From: an uncultured delta proteobacterium
Lineage (GTDB): Bacteria; Desulfobacterota; BSN033; UBA1163
NCBI GenBank assembly: GCA_963827685.1
Contig: CAWHBU010000002.1
Coordinates: 736,001 to 800,000, forward strand
Length of the DNA: 64,000 bases
Reading direction: 5' to 3'
In this document: piece after piece, positions 9,996 to 19,758 of the stretch
Position numbering within the stretch: position 1 is the first letter of the stretch
How the letters are laid out: each line of letters opens with the position of its first letter
Translations under genes and position numbers: made by a program
The notes under the pieces: generated by a model
The model's input: only the letters and a program-made list of their open reading frames with translations
What the model was told of the DNA's origin: nothing
Database searches by the model: none

Positions 9996-10593
9996 TTTTC
10001 TTTTCCTCGCTTTTCTTTTCTATGAATCGGTACGTATTGATCATACAGGATGTCTTCAACAAGATCTCGGGGTCACCCTTTCCCTTAATATCTTTTGCCT
10101 TTGTCATATTGAAATCAACGACGTTAATAATTCTTGGGAGCTTACTCACCTTATCGAAAAAAATTCCAATATTATGATAGTTTCCCAGCGCTACCAGCTC
10201 GATCGGAACTGTGGCAAGAAATTGTTGAGGTATTTCAGGTTTAGGTTTGAATAGCGTAAATTCAAGATTCGATTCTTTCCCCAGGCCGGATATGGTTTTC
10301 AGTATCTCAGGGATCTCTTTCTCATTAGGAAGTTGTGTCAAGGCATCCTTCAGTTGCTCATTCAGCTTCGCCACCTGTTCGTTAAACTTTTGGAGATCGC
10401 CAGCGATGGCTTTACTAGTGCTTAATTCACTCTCCAATTTATTCAACTCCCCCTTCGCCACCTTCAGGTCATCCTGTATGGGGATGATAACGAAATACAG
10501 ATATAGACCTGCTATGACAAACAAGATGGCGACCAATATTAAAACCTTTTTAGGTGTCGGGAGTTTTAAGATAGAATCCATTGTCAGTGCCAT
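9931..10593 (-). CDS. pilO: Type IV pilus assembly protein PilO
   Basis: TM helix, coiled coil, QLPNEKEIPEIL, GNYHNIG.FFD.VSKLPRII. Confidence 0.92.
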   Translation of the reverse strand: MALTMDSILKLPTPKKVLILVAILFVIAGLYLYFVIIPIQDDLKVAKGELNKLESELSTSKAIAGDLQKFNEQVAKLNEQLKDALTQLPNEKEIPEILKTISGLGKESNLEFTLFKPKPEIPQQFLATVPIELVALGNYHNIGIFFDKVSKLPRIINVVDFNMTKAKDIKGKGDPEILLKTSCMINTYRFIEKKSEEKKSEKKAVSKEKEDEEISKTRKK

Positions 10594-10608
10594 TTGATCC
10601 CCTCTCCT

Positions 10609-11145
10609 TTATGTCAAAATGATCTCACACGAAAGAATGAATTTCTTCAACTTAATCTTGCTCTGTTCAACCTGCTCACTCACAATGAGATCGACATTCT
10701 TAAAAAGCTTCGATTTCCGAAGATTGGTCATGAAATTGACAATCGTTTCATCATCCAAGGCTATCCCTTCGATTTCCAATTTTAACCCTACTTTCTTCAG
10801 GGATTCGAGTTGAAGTTTTTCCGGTCTATTAGTACTCAATTCGTCTAAAACCTTGCTTACTTTCTCTTTTCTTAATGAGTTGATAATATCCAACCTATTT
10901 TGCAACATTTTCTGTTCTTCTTTCTTTTTTGCAACTTCCGTGGTTAGTGATTTGTAGTGAGCGATATCATTTTTTGTCTTTGCTATCTGTGTCCGTGTAT
11001 CTTCCCTTTCCTTCCCTAATCTCCATTGGATAAGACCAAGGAGGACTAATAAAAGGACGATGAAAAGAATGAGAACAATGAACTCCTTCCCCAACCCAGC
11101 TCTTTTCTTTTCTTTCCTTGCCAGAAGCAAATTGATCTTGATCAT
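10609..11145 (-). CDS. pilN: Type IV pilus assembly protein PilN
   Basis: N-terminal MIKINLL motif, TM helix, coiled coil. Confidence 0.92.
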   Translation of the reverse strand: MIKINLLLARKEKKRAGLGKEFIVLILFIVLLLVLLGLIQWRLGKEREDTRTQIAKTKNDIAHYKSLTTEVAKKKEEQKMLQNRLDIINSLRKEKVSKVLDELSTNRPEKLQLESLKKVGLKLEIEGIALDDETIVNFMTNLRKSKLFKNVDLIVSEQVEQSKIKLKKFILSCEIILT

Positions 11146-12200
11146 CGATCCCCTACCTTTCTTGAGGCAAGACCCACTCCGACAGCCATGATCGGCCCAA
11201 TTTCTCTTAAATATTCAAGATCGAAATTTCTCCCACTGTAATCAACTTTCTTAAATGGATTTACGAGTTCAACCGGTATTCCAATCTGTTGTTGCAGAAT
11301 GATATCAAAATCTTTAATCTTCGACCCTCCCCCACTCAAATATAACTTGCCGATTTTTTCGTAGGTGGTGGTGGATTGAAAGAAATCTAAAGAATTTCCT
11401 ATCTCGACGGCTAATGATTCAGAGGCTGTTTTCAATACGTTTTGCATAATCGGTTGAGAGCTGAGATCGACTTTGGTCCCCACTTTAATTTTTTCAGCCT
11501 CATCATGGTCGACATGGAGCTGTCTTTGAATTTCTTCTGTAATCTGATTTCCGCCTTTAAAAATATCTCTGGTAAAGGCAGAGGTATTGTTCTTAATGAT
11601 ATTAATGTTCGTAACACTTGCCCCCATATTAGCGATCGCAACAGTCTCCCCTTCTCCCATTTCATAATTAATAGCCAACATATTTTCCAAGGCGAAAGAG
11701 TCAAGATCAATGATGACAGGGTTTAATCCAGATTCCATAATCACGGAGACATAATCATTGATAATATCCTTTTTGGCCGCTACTAAGACCACGTCCATGA
11801 CTTCCGGGTTTTCCGGCGACAACCCAAATATTTGGAAATCGATATTGACATCATTGATATCAAATGGAATGTATCTTTCAGCTTCCCACTGGATAGATTC
11901 TTCAAGCTCGGCTTCTGTCATAAAGGGCAGGGAGATCTTCTTGACAATGACAGAATGGCCAGAGACAGAGGTTACGGCATCTTTCGATTTTGTCTTGGAA
12001 GCCGCGATAACGTCCCGTATGGTGTCGATAATCGTGACCGAATCCATCAGGGCTCCGTCGACGATTGCCTCTGGAGGCAGAGGAGAGATTGCCAGGTTTT
12101 GCAACTTATAGCCATTCTTGTCCTCTTTTAATTCCACTAGTTTAATGGAACTGCTTCCAATATCTAACCCGATGACATCTTTCTTTTTACCCCACATCAT
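11142..12200 (-). CDS. pilM: Type IV pilus assembly protein PilM
   Basis: IGLDIGSSSIKLVEL actin-like motif, WEAERYIPF, LSGGGS; ATG at 12200 (12212 also possible). Confidence 0.95.
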   Translation of the reverse strand: MMWGKKKDVIGLDIGSSSIKLVELKEDKNGYKLQNLAISPLPPEAIVDGALMDSVTIIDTIRDVIAASKTKSKDAVTSVSGHSVIVKKISLPFMTEAELEESIQWEAERYIPFDINDVNIDFQIFGLSPENPEVMDVVLVAAKKDIINDYVSVIMESGLNPVIIDLDSFALENMLAINYEMGEGETVAIANMGASVTNINIIKNNTSAFTRDIFKGGNQITEEIQRQLHVDHDEAEKIKVGTKVDLSSQPIMQNVLKTASESLAVEIGNSLDFFQSTTTYEKIGKLYLSGGGSKIKDFDIILQQQIGIPVELVNPFKKVDYSGRNFDLEYLREIGPIMAVGVGLASRKVGDR

Positions 12201-12236
12201 TTTCCCCCTCATTTTTCAATATAGTGGATTGAGATA

Positions 12237-12265
12237 AATTATTAACAAATTTTCTAAAAAGTCAA
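12237..12265 (-). promoter_or_regulatory. Possible sigma70-type promoter for pilMNOPQ
   Basis: Minus strand TTGACT-N16-AATAAT just upstream of pilM. Confidence 0.4.
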
Positions 12266-12361
12266 GCAAAATATTTTAGTCCTGTATAAAATTCTAATAT
12301 ATACTCATTCAAACTTAATAAACTGTTTTAGAATTCTTCAATAACCTGTGAATACTCCATT

Positions 12362-13738
12362 TCAATTCTCTAAGAGATTATATTTTTTGATCTTTGCCCT
12401 CAGGGTGGCCCGAGAAATACCTAATAATTTTGACGCCTTTGATTTATTCCACTCTAATCTTTTTAATACCTTAGAAAGATGTATCTTTTCCGCATTTTCT
12501 AAAGACATATCGGGGGGGATTTCAGATATTTCATGTTTCGTATTTCCATGGATCATTCTTTCAGTTTGTTTCAATTCAAATGGAAGGTGCTTTGGGGTGA
12601 TAACCTCTTGGTCTGTTAAAATCATCGCTCTTTCGATGACATTCTTTAATTCCCTTACGTTCCCTGGCCAAGCATATTGAATCATTAGTTTCTTCGCTTC
12701 CTCAGAAAAGCCCTTAATATTCTTACTATATTCTCTATTATTCTCTTCGATAAATAAATTTGAAAGTAATAAGATATCCTCCAGCCTATCACGAAGGGGA
12801 GGCATCTCCACGACCATTACCTTCAATCGATAATACAAGTCTTTTCGGAAAAACCCTTCTTTTACCATCACTTCTAAATCTTTGTTGGTGGCGGCAATGA
12901 TACGAATGTCCACCTTTATCTCTCTTTCCCCTCCTACCCTCATAAAGGTTTGGTTTTCAAGGACTCTCAGGATCTTGGATTGTAAGAAGGGGTTCATATC
13001 TCCAATTTCATCTAAAAAGACTGTCCCGCCATCGGCTAATTCAAAAAGGCCTTTCTTTGTGTTCTTGGCATCAGTAAAAGCCCCCTTCTCATATCCAAAA
13101 AGTTCTGACTCCAATAAAGAATCCGGTATAGCACTGCAATTGATTTTCATCAGGGGTTTATCACTTCGATGGCTATTATAATGAACGGCATTCGCGGCCA
13201 ATTCTTTCCCTGTGCCGCTCTCGCCCTGAATCAACACAGACGTCTTATGAGTTTTGCTAATCATTCCAATTAATTCTTTAACATAATGAATTTGAGGACT
13301 CACCCCATAAATATGACTGTTTTGGTATTTCTCTTTTTGCTGTCGATGGAGTCTTCTCACTTCATTGATTAAACTCTTGGTTTCTAATCCTTTTACAATT
13401 AATAATTTTAGTTCTTCCAATTCAAAGGGCTTATTAATATAATCGTAAGCCCCAGATTTCATGGCGGAAACTGCCGTTTGTACATCAGAGAAGGCGGTCA
13501 TCATAATGACTAAAATCTCGGTATCAAATTCTTTAATTCTTCTCAACACCTCTAACCCATCGATATCAGGTAATCTCATGTCCAGAAGAATGAGATCGAT
13601 GACATTCTTTTTGATCATCTCAAGGGCACCATTGCCCGAGCCGACGGAAAAGATCTCGTACCCTCTCTTCCTCAAAACATCAGAGAGCGTCTCTTGCATC
13701 ACCCCATCATCATCCACAATAAGAATAGATGGCTTCAT
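12362..13738 (-). CDS. Sigma54-dependent NtrC-family response regulator
   Basis: Receiver domain, GESGTGKE, GAFTDA, WPGNVREL, Fis-type HTH; likely start MKPSILIVDDD overlapping the kinase stop. Confidence 0.93.
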   Translation of the reverse strand: MKPSILIVDDDGVMQETLSDVLRKRGYEIFSVGSGNGALEMIKKNVIDLILLDMRLPDIDGLEVLRRIKEFDTEILVIMMTAFSDVQTAVSAMKSGAYDYINKPFELEELKLLIVKGLETKSLINEVRRLHRQQKEKYQNSHIYGVSPQIHYVKELIGMISKTHKTSVLIQGESGTGKELAANAVHYNSHRSDKPLMKINCSAIPDSLLESELFGYEKGAFTDAKNTKKGLFELADGGTVFLDEIGDMNPFLQSKILRVLENQTFMRVGGEREIKVDIRIIAATNKDLEVMVKEGFFRKDLYYRLKVMVVEMPPLRDRLEDILLLSNLFIEENNREYSKNIKGFSEEAKKLMIQYAWPGNVRELKNVIERAMILTDQEVITPKHLPFELKQTERMIHGNTKHEISEIPPDMSLENAEKIHLSKVLKRLEWNKSKASKLLGISRATLRAKIKKYNLLEN

Positions 13739-14895
13739 GACTTTTCCAATGTTTCTGGCAAATTTATGACAAAAGAGGTTCCTTTCTCCCATTGGCTTTC
13801 CACCTTGATGGTTCCTCCATGTTTCTTAATGATCTGATAAGTGATGGAAAGGCCCAACCCAATCCCCTTAGATTTCGTAGTGAAGAAAGGATCAAAAATT
13901 TTATGAACAATATGAGAAGGTATACCTCTTCCGGTATCCGAAATGACGACCTTGATAAAATTTTGCTTAGCTCCTTTCAAGGAGTTTGAGATCATTGGAC
14001 TGGCCTCGATTGTCAGTTCACCACCGTTGGGCATGGCCTGAATCGCGTTTAAAAACAAATTGAGGAAAACTTGATGTATTTGGGTTTTATCGACTTTGAT
14101 CTTGGGAAGCTGGGGATGATAGGTTTCAATAAAACGAATTCCTTTATCAGCGATCTCTTTAATAAGAAATGGAATGATCTCATTGATGATATCCTTAATA
14201 TGGCAATAAACCAGATTCAAATTTTGTGGCTTGGCAAATGAAAAGAAAGTCTTAAGGAGGTCATTGAGTCGGTCAATCTCTTTAGTGATGCGATGCAAAT
14301 ACTCTCTTCTTGAATCGTCTCCAGACATCTCCTCGCCAAGGGCTTGGGCGGTTGTTTTAATCCCAGCGAGCGGATTTCGTAGCTCATGGGCAATCCCTGA
14401 AGCAAGTTTTCCCAATGAAACAAGTCTATCCATTCTCAATATTTCCTCTTGGATTTTATAAATATTTGTCAAATCCCGAAACACGACAATCTTCCCTATT
14501 CTTTCCTCCCGGATACTTAAATGATTGTTTATGGTAAACCCAACTGGAAATTCGGTATTGTCCTTCTTTCTCATCCATCCTTCTTTCCTAGTATCCAGAT
14601 CATCCGGATTATTAAGAAAAGAAGGAGATGCACTCTGTTTTTCCTTCAAACTGAAAATGCTGAAGGGCCTACCGATCAGCTGCTCTTTGGAGTACCCTAA
14701 AATCCTTTCCCCCGCCCTATTGATGTAAGTGATTGTATCGTTCATCTCTGTGATAATAATTCCGCTTCCAATGCTCTGAATAATACTTTCTGTAAAATTC
14801 TTTACGTCTACCAGTTCCTGTGTCAGGTTTTCGATAATTTCTTCCTTTTGGGCAATCTTTTCTTCGATTTCATTGGTTGAAATATTCGGATCCAT
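13735..14895 (-). CDS. Cytoplasmic PAS-domain sensor histidine kinase
   Basis: PAS, AHELRNPL H-box, NAIQAM N-box, DTGRGI, FDPFFTTK, GLGL; no TM segment. Confidence 0.92.
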   Translation of the reverse strand: MDPNISTNEIEEKIAQKEEIIENLTQELVDVKNFTESIIQSIGSGIIITEMNDTITYINRAGERILGYSKEQLIGRPFSIFSLKEKQSASPSFLNNPDDLDTRKEGWMRKKDNTEFPVGFTINNHLSIREERIGKIVVFRDLTNIYKIQEEILRMDRLVSLGKLASGIAHELRNPLAGIKTTAQALGEEMSGDDSRREYLHRITKEIDRLNDLLKTFFSFAKPQNLNLVYCHIKDIINEIIPFLIKEIADKGIRFIETYHPQLPKIKVDKTQIHQVFLNLFLNAIQAMPNGGELTIEASPMISNSLKGAKQNFIKVVISDTGRGIPSHIVHKIFDPFFTTKSKGIGLGLSITYQIIKKHGGTIKVESQWEKGTSFVINLPETLEKS

Positions 14896-14910
14896 AAAAC
14901 AATCTATGCC

Positions 14911-16227
14911 TTAAAACTTTTTTAAATCTAAGATAGGAATCTCCACCGGTTGCTCTCGGTATGTGGAATGGATAACCCCTGAGAAATATTCGCCAGCCTC
15001 TCCCTTCTTCTCAAAGAGGGTGGATAATTGTTTAAGTACTTGATCCACCATCAAGCCCTTATATTCCCCATTATCTTTGACAGTGAGTATTCTCATCTCC
15101 CCAGTAGGCTCTCCTCCTGAGATCGAAAATATCTTCTTTAAATTGATCATTCTTACCTCTACATCTTTTAAGCGAACCTTCGATTGGTCTGAATATTTTT
15201 CATGAAAGTTTATCGGGACTTTAAACAATTTAAATACTTTTTCAGTTTCCACCCCAAATAATTTTTCATCTATCTTAAAAATCGTTACGCTTACAGGTTT
15301 GGGTCCTGCCTCCAAAGATGGTGCGGGGGGTTTTCGAGTCGTCTCCTCGAGTCTGGATATTTGTTGTTTCATCGTTCTAAAGATTTCTTCGACCTTTTCC
15401 ATAAATAAATTCATTTTGTTTGACATGTCTTCGGTCTTCTTCTCGCCAGGAATGGAGACCTCTGTCTTTTCAACCCCTCCCCCTCTGCCGAAGGGAGGTT
15501 GGATGGTTCTGGCACCTTTCACCCCTTCCAAACAGGAGAATCTCGCATTGATCCCAAGATGAGCCAGTTGTTTATAAATATTGATTTCACCATCTGTTTC
15601 CCTTCTCATGAGGAGCTTGATGGTTTCCTTTGAATCCAAGAGGAATTTGATCCATGGTGGCCGGATATTTTCTTCATTCCTAATCATGTGGCTCAAAATT
15701 TCTTCCATATAACTTAAAATCGCTGTCATATCGGGCTTTTGTTTGAACAATTCCCGCAAGGCAACGACTTCTTCCATTGTCGTCTTAAGTTTCTCGTCTG
15801 TAATTTCCCATTCTAACGAAAGAAGTTGGGCTTCCATTTTCTCAACCGATTTTAACAATGGAACGGGGGTGGAAGAAGGAGGGGGAGAACTCTCTTGATC
15901 AAAAGTTTTCTCTAATTCAAATTCTTGAGGAGGCTCCAAGAGAGAAGTTTTCATGGAAGGCTCTAAAATGGGAGGTTTCATAGTCGGTTCTAAGATAGGG
16001 GACCTTATGGAAGGCTCTAAGCCGGGAGGTTCCATAGAGGGTTCTAAGATGGTAGGCTTCTTAGAAGGCTCTGAAACAGCAGATTTCATGGATGGCTCTA
16101 AGAGAGGAGATCCCACCGATCCGCTTTTTTCCGCGCCTCTTTTGTTCTCTACGAACAGTCGATCCACGGCATCGTCAATCTCTTCATCGAGACCTTTAAA
16201 ATCCTCTTCTCCCGTCACCTTATCCAT
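14911..16227 (-). CDS. Hypothetical protein with Pro-rich 9-aa repeats and a C-terminal CheW-like domain
   Basis: Acidic N-terminus, seven xxPILEPSM-like repeats; C-terminus (FKIDEKLFGVETEKV...GLMVDQV...IPILDL) resembles CheW. Confidence 0.6.
   Translation of the reverse strand: MDKVTGEEDFKGLDEEIDDAVDRLFVENKRGAEKSGSVGSPLLEPSMKSAVSEPSKKPTILEPSMEPPGLEPSIRSPILEPTMKPPILEPSMKTSLLEPPQEFELEKTFDQESSPPPSSTPVPLLKSVEKMEAQLLSLEWEITDEKLKTTMEEVVALRELFKQKPDMTAILSYMEEILSHMIRNEENIRPPWIKFLLDSKETIKLLMRRETDGEINIYKQLAHLGINARFSCLEGVKGARTIQPPFGRGGGVEKTEVSIPGEKKTEDMSNKMNLFMEKVEEIFRTMKQQISRLEETTRKPPAPSLEAGPKPVSVTIFKIDEKLFGVETEKVFKLFKVPINFHEKYSDQSKVRLKDVEVRMINLKKIFSISGGEPTGEMRILTVKDNGEYKGLMVDQVLKQLSTLFEKKGEAGEYFSGVIHSTYREQPVEIPILDLKKF
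15925..16113 (-). repeat. 27-bp coding tandem repeat (about 7 units)
   Basis: GSPLLEPSM KSAVSEPSK KPTILEPSM EPPGLEPSI RSPILEPTM KPPILEPSM KTSLLEPPQ; GGCTCT/GGTTCT recurs every 27 nt. Confidence 0.85.
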
Positions 16228-16256
16228 CTTCTATCGCCTCTCCTTATTACCTCTTA

Positions 16257-16883
16257 TTACCTCGATTGCTTATCCATTAACATGACCTTTCTGCTGACTT
16301 CTTTCACAACGAGTTTGCTAATTTCTCTCAGGGTTTCGAAGACTCCAGTTCCTTTCAAAGCGCTAGCCGGGCAGGACGGTACTTTCAGCATCGAATTGAG
16401 ATCCTTCTCCAAAATATCCATGGGAAGAATCTCAGAATCTGTTCCATCTAAATCGCGTTTATTATATTGAATCACCAGTGGGACGCTTCTGATGCTAATC
16501 CCTTTCTCTGCTAAATTCTTGGCTAAATTAATGAGACTTTCAATATTCTTTTTCCGCTGCACTTTTAATGAATCGGCAACAAAGACGACTCCGTCCACCC
16601 CTTTTAGAACTAATTTCCTTGTTGCGTCATAATGGACCTGTCCAGGAACCGTATAGAGTTGAACCCGTATATCAAAGCCTCTGATTTTCCCTAAACTCAA
16701 CGACAAGAAATCGAAGAAGAGTGTCCGATCCCCTTTTGTATCGATCGAAACCATTTTACCTTTGATATCTTCCATGGTCCGCCCATAAATATATTGCAGA
16801 TTAGTGGTCTTTCCACAAAACCCTGCACCATAATAGACAATTTTGCATTGAATCTCATCTTTACTAAAATTAATGAAAGGCAT
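16257..16883 (-). CDS. mglA: MglA-family small GTPase
   Basis: KIVYYG.G.CGKTTNL, RTLFFDFL, LYTVPGQV, LKGVDGVVFVADS, QYNKRDL. Confidence 0.93.
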   Translation of the reverse strand: MPFINFSKDEIQCKIVYYGAGFCGKTTNLQYIYGRTMEDIKGKMVSIDTKGDRTLFFDFLSLSLGKIRGFDIRVQLYTVPGQVHYDATRKLVLKGVDGVVFVADSLKVQRKKNIESLINLAKNLAEKGISIRSVPLVIQYNKRDLDGTDSEILPMDILEKDLNSMLKVPSCPASALKGTGVFETLREISKLVVKEVSRKVMLMDKQSR

Positions 16884-16901
16884 TAAAGTCTTTTCCTCTC
16901 T

Positions 16902-17338
16902 TTAAGAAGATCGAAATGAATCGCTGGGTTTCAACCTTCCTTTTTCAAAGATGGACGAAAGAATTTTTGAGAGTTCGTCGATAATCTTATTAATTTGTAG
17001 CCGAATCAAGCCAAGAGAGGTCTTATCATCAAAGAGGGTGACCATGATGACATGCTCACCAATGGCAGAAAAATAGACATTTTCACATCTTCCCTTATGG
17101 AATAGAAGGGTGAATTCTTCTTCTCCCAACATTCGAGCAATTTCCGCAGTGGCTCCAAAGTTGGCTGCTGTCAAAGCAGAAAGGGATATAATGTCGATCT
17201 CGGTGTATTCCCTTCATGCGCAATCAGCTGACCCGATCGATCGATGAGCAGAACAGAATGTGCCATCGATGAGGATACCATTTTATTTAAACAATCGTTT
17301 ATTTTTATTATATCCTTTTCTGTAATGACGATATTCAT
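16902..17338 (-). pseudogene. mglB: MglB roadblock/LC7 protein, frameshifted near 17203 (or sequencing error)
   Basis: ATG 17338 gives MNIVITEKD...VLLIDRSGQLIAHEGNT, then a stop at 17171; the other frame continues EIDIISLSALTAANFGATAEIARMLGEEEF...SLGLIRL. Confidence 0.85.
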
Positions 17339-17384
17339 AGGGATTAACTTTCCCTGAGCCCACGCACTCGGTATGACCGCTTAC

Positions 17385-18074
17385 TTAGGATTTATCATCG
17401 TTTCGTCGCATGGCCTCGACAAGCAGATGCTCCCAATTCTGATAGATCGTCTGAACGGGAGGAGTGGCACCAACATTTGAAAGAAATTCTCCCTCCTGCC
17501 AACTTAAAATCTTGTAAAAGGCATCTGTTCCTTTTTGTTCCCCGCATTCGGCGTGGATAATCTCCCCTTCATTCAAATAGATAACTCCCTTTTCTCCGTT
17601 TCGGGTGATAATCAGCGCGGTGGTTAACCGACTCAGGCAATTGATTTGAATGATGTCTGTGAGTTGAAGACCAAAAACTTTCCCCCGAAATCCTTTCTTC
17701 TTGCCGATCAGATCAATAATAATTTTTCTTAGATCGGAGATCTCAAAAGGCTTTTCCACATAATAGAGGGATCCCCTTTGATTGGCTTCTTTCTGAACAT
17801 CGGCGGACCCATAGGCGGTCATAATAATGACTTTCGTTTGAGGGTATTCCTTTTTAATCCTCACGAGAAGGTCTAATCCATTAATATCCGGCATTCTTAT
17901 GTCGGAGATCACTAAATCAATCCTATTCTTCTCAAGGAAATTTAGAGCCTCTCTTCCATTATTCGCAATGATCACCTCATAATTATCCTTGTCTTTGGAA
18001 AGACTTCTTGCCATGCTCCATGTTAAAGTCTCTTCATCATCCACAATTAAAACCTTCTTTAAGCTCTCCGCCAT
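17385..18074 (-). CDS. Response regulator with C-terminal DUF4388-like domain
   Basis: Receiver (VDDEE, DIRMP, KPF), then GFRG...LTDIIQ...G.IY..EGEIIHA...W.EGEF. Confidence 0.85.
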   Translation of the reverse strand: MAESLKKVLIVDDEETLTWSMARSLSKDKDNYEVIIANNGREALNFLEKNRIDLVISDIRMPDINGLDLLVRIKKEYPQTKVIIMTAYGSADVQKEANQRGSLYYVEKPFEISDLRKIIIDLIGKKKGFRGKVFGLQLTDIIQINCLSRLTTALIITRNGEKGVIYLNEGEIIHAECGEQKGTDAFYKILSWQEGEFLSNVGATPPVQTIYQNWEHLLVEAMRRNDDKS

Positions 18075-18135
18075 TTTCTTAAAATCTTCTTATTAAACCA
18101 TTGGCTATAATTTATCAGGATTCTTGAGTAAGATA

Positions 18136-18152
18136 AGCAAAATGAGTACCAA
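18136..18152 (-). promoter_or_regulatory. Sigma54 (-24/-12) promoter for the RR-mglB-mglA-HK-RR operon
   Basis: Minus strand TTGGTAC-TCATT-TTGCT with exact GG-N10-GC spacing. Confidence 0.75.
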
Positions 18153-18488
18153 ATTATGTTAAATAAAATATTAATAAAATAAATAATAATTTCAAATAGT
18201 TATTATAATTTTTCAAATTGGCGTCATTATAACAAAAATTACCAGGATGGTCAATATTTAACCATTGGTAAAATTAATTCTATCAATTCTATCCTTGACC
18301 GATTAGAAGAGAAAAGGGCGATCAATTCAGGAGGAAAGACGAGTTGGATTTGAACATAAATCTTAAAGACCTTTTGAAAGTAATATTCCGCGCAAACAGG
18401 TTTCTCGTCACAATCAATTAACAGGTGGGAAAAACAGGAAATTTTCTTTTTTCCAGTCGATAGAATTTCTCTCCATTTTTTTAAAAGC

Positions 18489-18517
18489 TTGACTTTTTTA
18501 AGCTAATTGGCTAATTT
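18489..18517 (+). promoter_or_regulatory. Possible sigma70 promoter for the TPR gene
   Basis: TTGACT-N17-TAATTT. Confidence 0.45.
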
Positions 18518-18544
18518 TTAATTAAAATTTTTTAGAGGGAAGAT

Positions 18545-19459
18545 TTGAGTATTGATAAAGAAAGCATATTAGACATCGCACAAAAGTACATCCTAAAAGG
18601 GCAACCCCAAAAGGCGATCAAGGAGTATTTAAAATTAGTTGAGGCCGAACCTCAAGATAAGCGATTGCACCTAAAATTGGGGGATCTCTACTTAAAGAAT
18701 GGAGAGGAAGATAAAGCAATACAAGCATTTCTGAAGGTGGCCGACCTTTATGGACAAGAGGATTTGAATTTTCGAGCCATCTCTATCTATAAGAAGATTC
18801 TTTCGATCAATCCAAAATTCATTGAAGCGTTTCATAAGATTGCGAAATTATATTTGAAGGAAGGACTGGCAGGGAACGCAAAGAATTACTACCAGGGTAT
18901 TCTGGAGATTAATCCGAATGACCCCGAGGCAATAAGGGCTCTTAAGAACATTGAGAGTCCTCAACAGCCTAAGGAAAGAGCCATCATCCCACCGGTACCA
19001 GCAGATTCCCTACTCTCCAGGCATCCTTCTCCTTCTGCCAGGGATGCTTCGATGTTATCCTCTGAACCTGGAATCTCCACCCTCGATAAGGATTCAGAGA
19101 TGCATTATCACTTGGGTGTTGCTTATAAAGAGATGGAACTCTTCGATTACGCCATCACCGAATTTGAATTGGCCTCGTCAGCCCCCTCTATGAAATTTGA
19201 TTGTTATATTATGCTGGGAAATTGCTATATGGAGAAGGGTGATTATTATAAGTCGATTGAGTGCTATAGAATGTCCTCTAAGATACAAGGATTATCTAAG
19301 GAAAAATTGGCTTGGCTCCACTTCAATCTGGGTCTGGCCTATGAAGCAAGCGGAAAGGTTACAGAGGCGCTCGATACCTTCAATCTTGTTCTAAAATTGG
19401 ATCATTCCTTCGCTGGAGCGAGGGAAAAGATCAAAAAGCTTCAATCCCCCCAAAGATAG
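18545..19459 (+). CDS. Cytoplasmic tetratricopeptide-repeat protein
   Basis: N- and C-terminal TPR clusters separated by a Pro/Ser linker; HYHLGVAYKEMEL. Confidence 0.85.
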   Translation: MSIDKESILDIAQKYILKGQPQKAIKEYLKLVEAEPQDKRLHLKLGDLYLKNGEEDKAIQAFLKVADLYGQEDLNFRAISIYKKILSINPKFIEAFHKIAKLYLKEGLAGNAKNYYQGILEINPNDPEAIRALKNIESPQQPKERAIIPPVPADSLLSRHPSPSARDASMLSSEPGISTLDKDSEMHYHLGVAYKEMELFDYAITEFELASSAPSMKFDCYIMLGNCYMEKGDYYKSIECYRMSSKIQGLSKEKLAWLHFNLGLAYEASGKVTEALDTFNLVLKLDHSFAGAREKIKKLQSPQR

Positions 19460-19758
19460 AGGACAGGATCCACCCACACCTCGATCAGTGCAAATCGTTT
19501 CTTATTCAACTCTAATTCGTCTCTCATAGCCCTGGCAAAGGATCCCTGCCCTGTAGGTGTGGGATTACTTGCCAAGGGTGGGATGAACCTAAAGAAGTAT
19601 ATTTTGATGGCGTAAAGGAAATGAGAAAGATGGAGCAAGGAAAATAATGGTTCCCCCTCAAAGAAGTTATCTCAGCCTGAATATGAAGTGTTCGGGAAGA
19701 ATAATGGAACCGTTCCAAAATGGTGAGCCAGAGGACTAAATTCCCTTTGACAAGACAA

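Noticed and set aside
19460-19750. Short ORFs or a gene remnant after the TPR gene
   Set aside because: No recognisable motif, RBS or repeat; cannot be supported.
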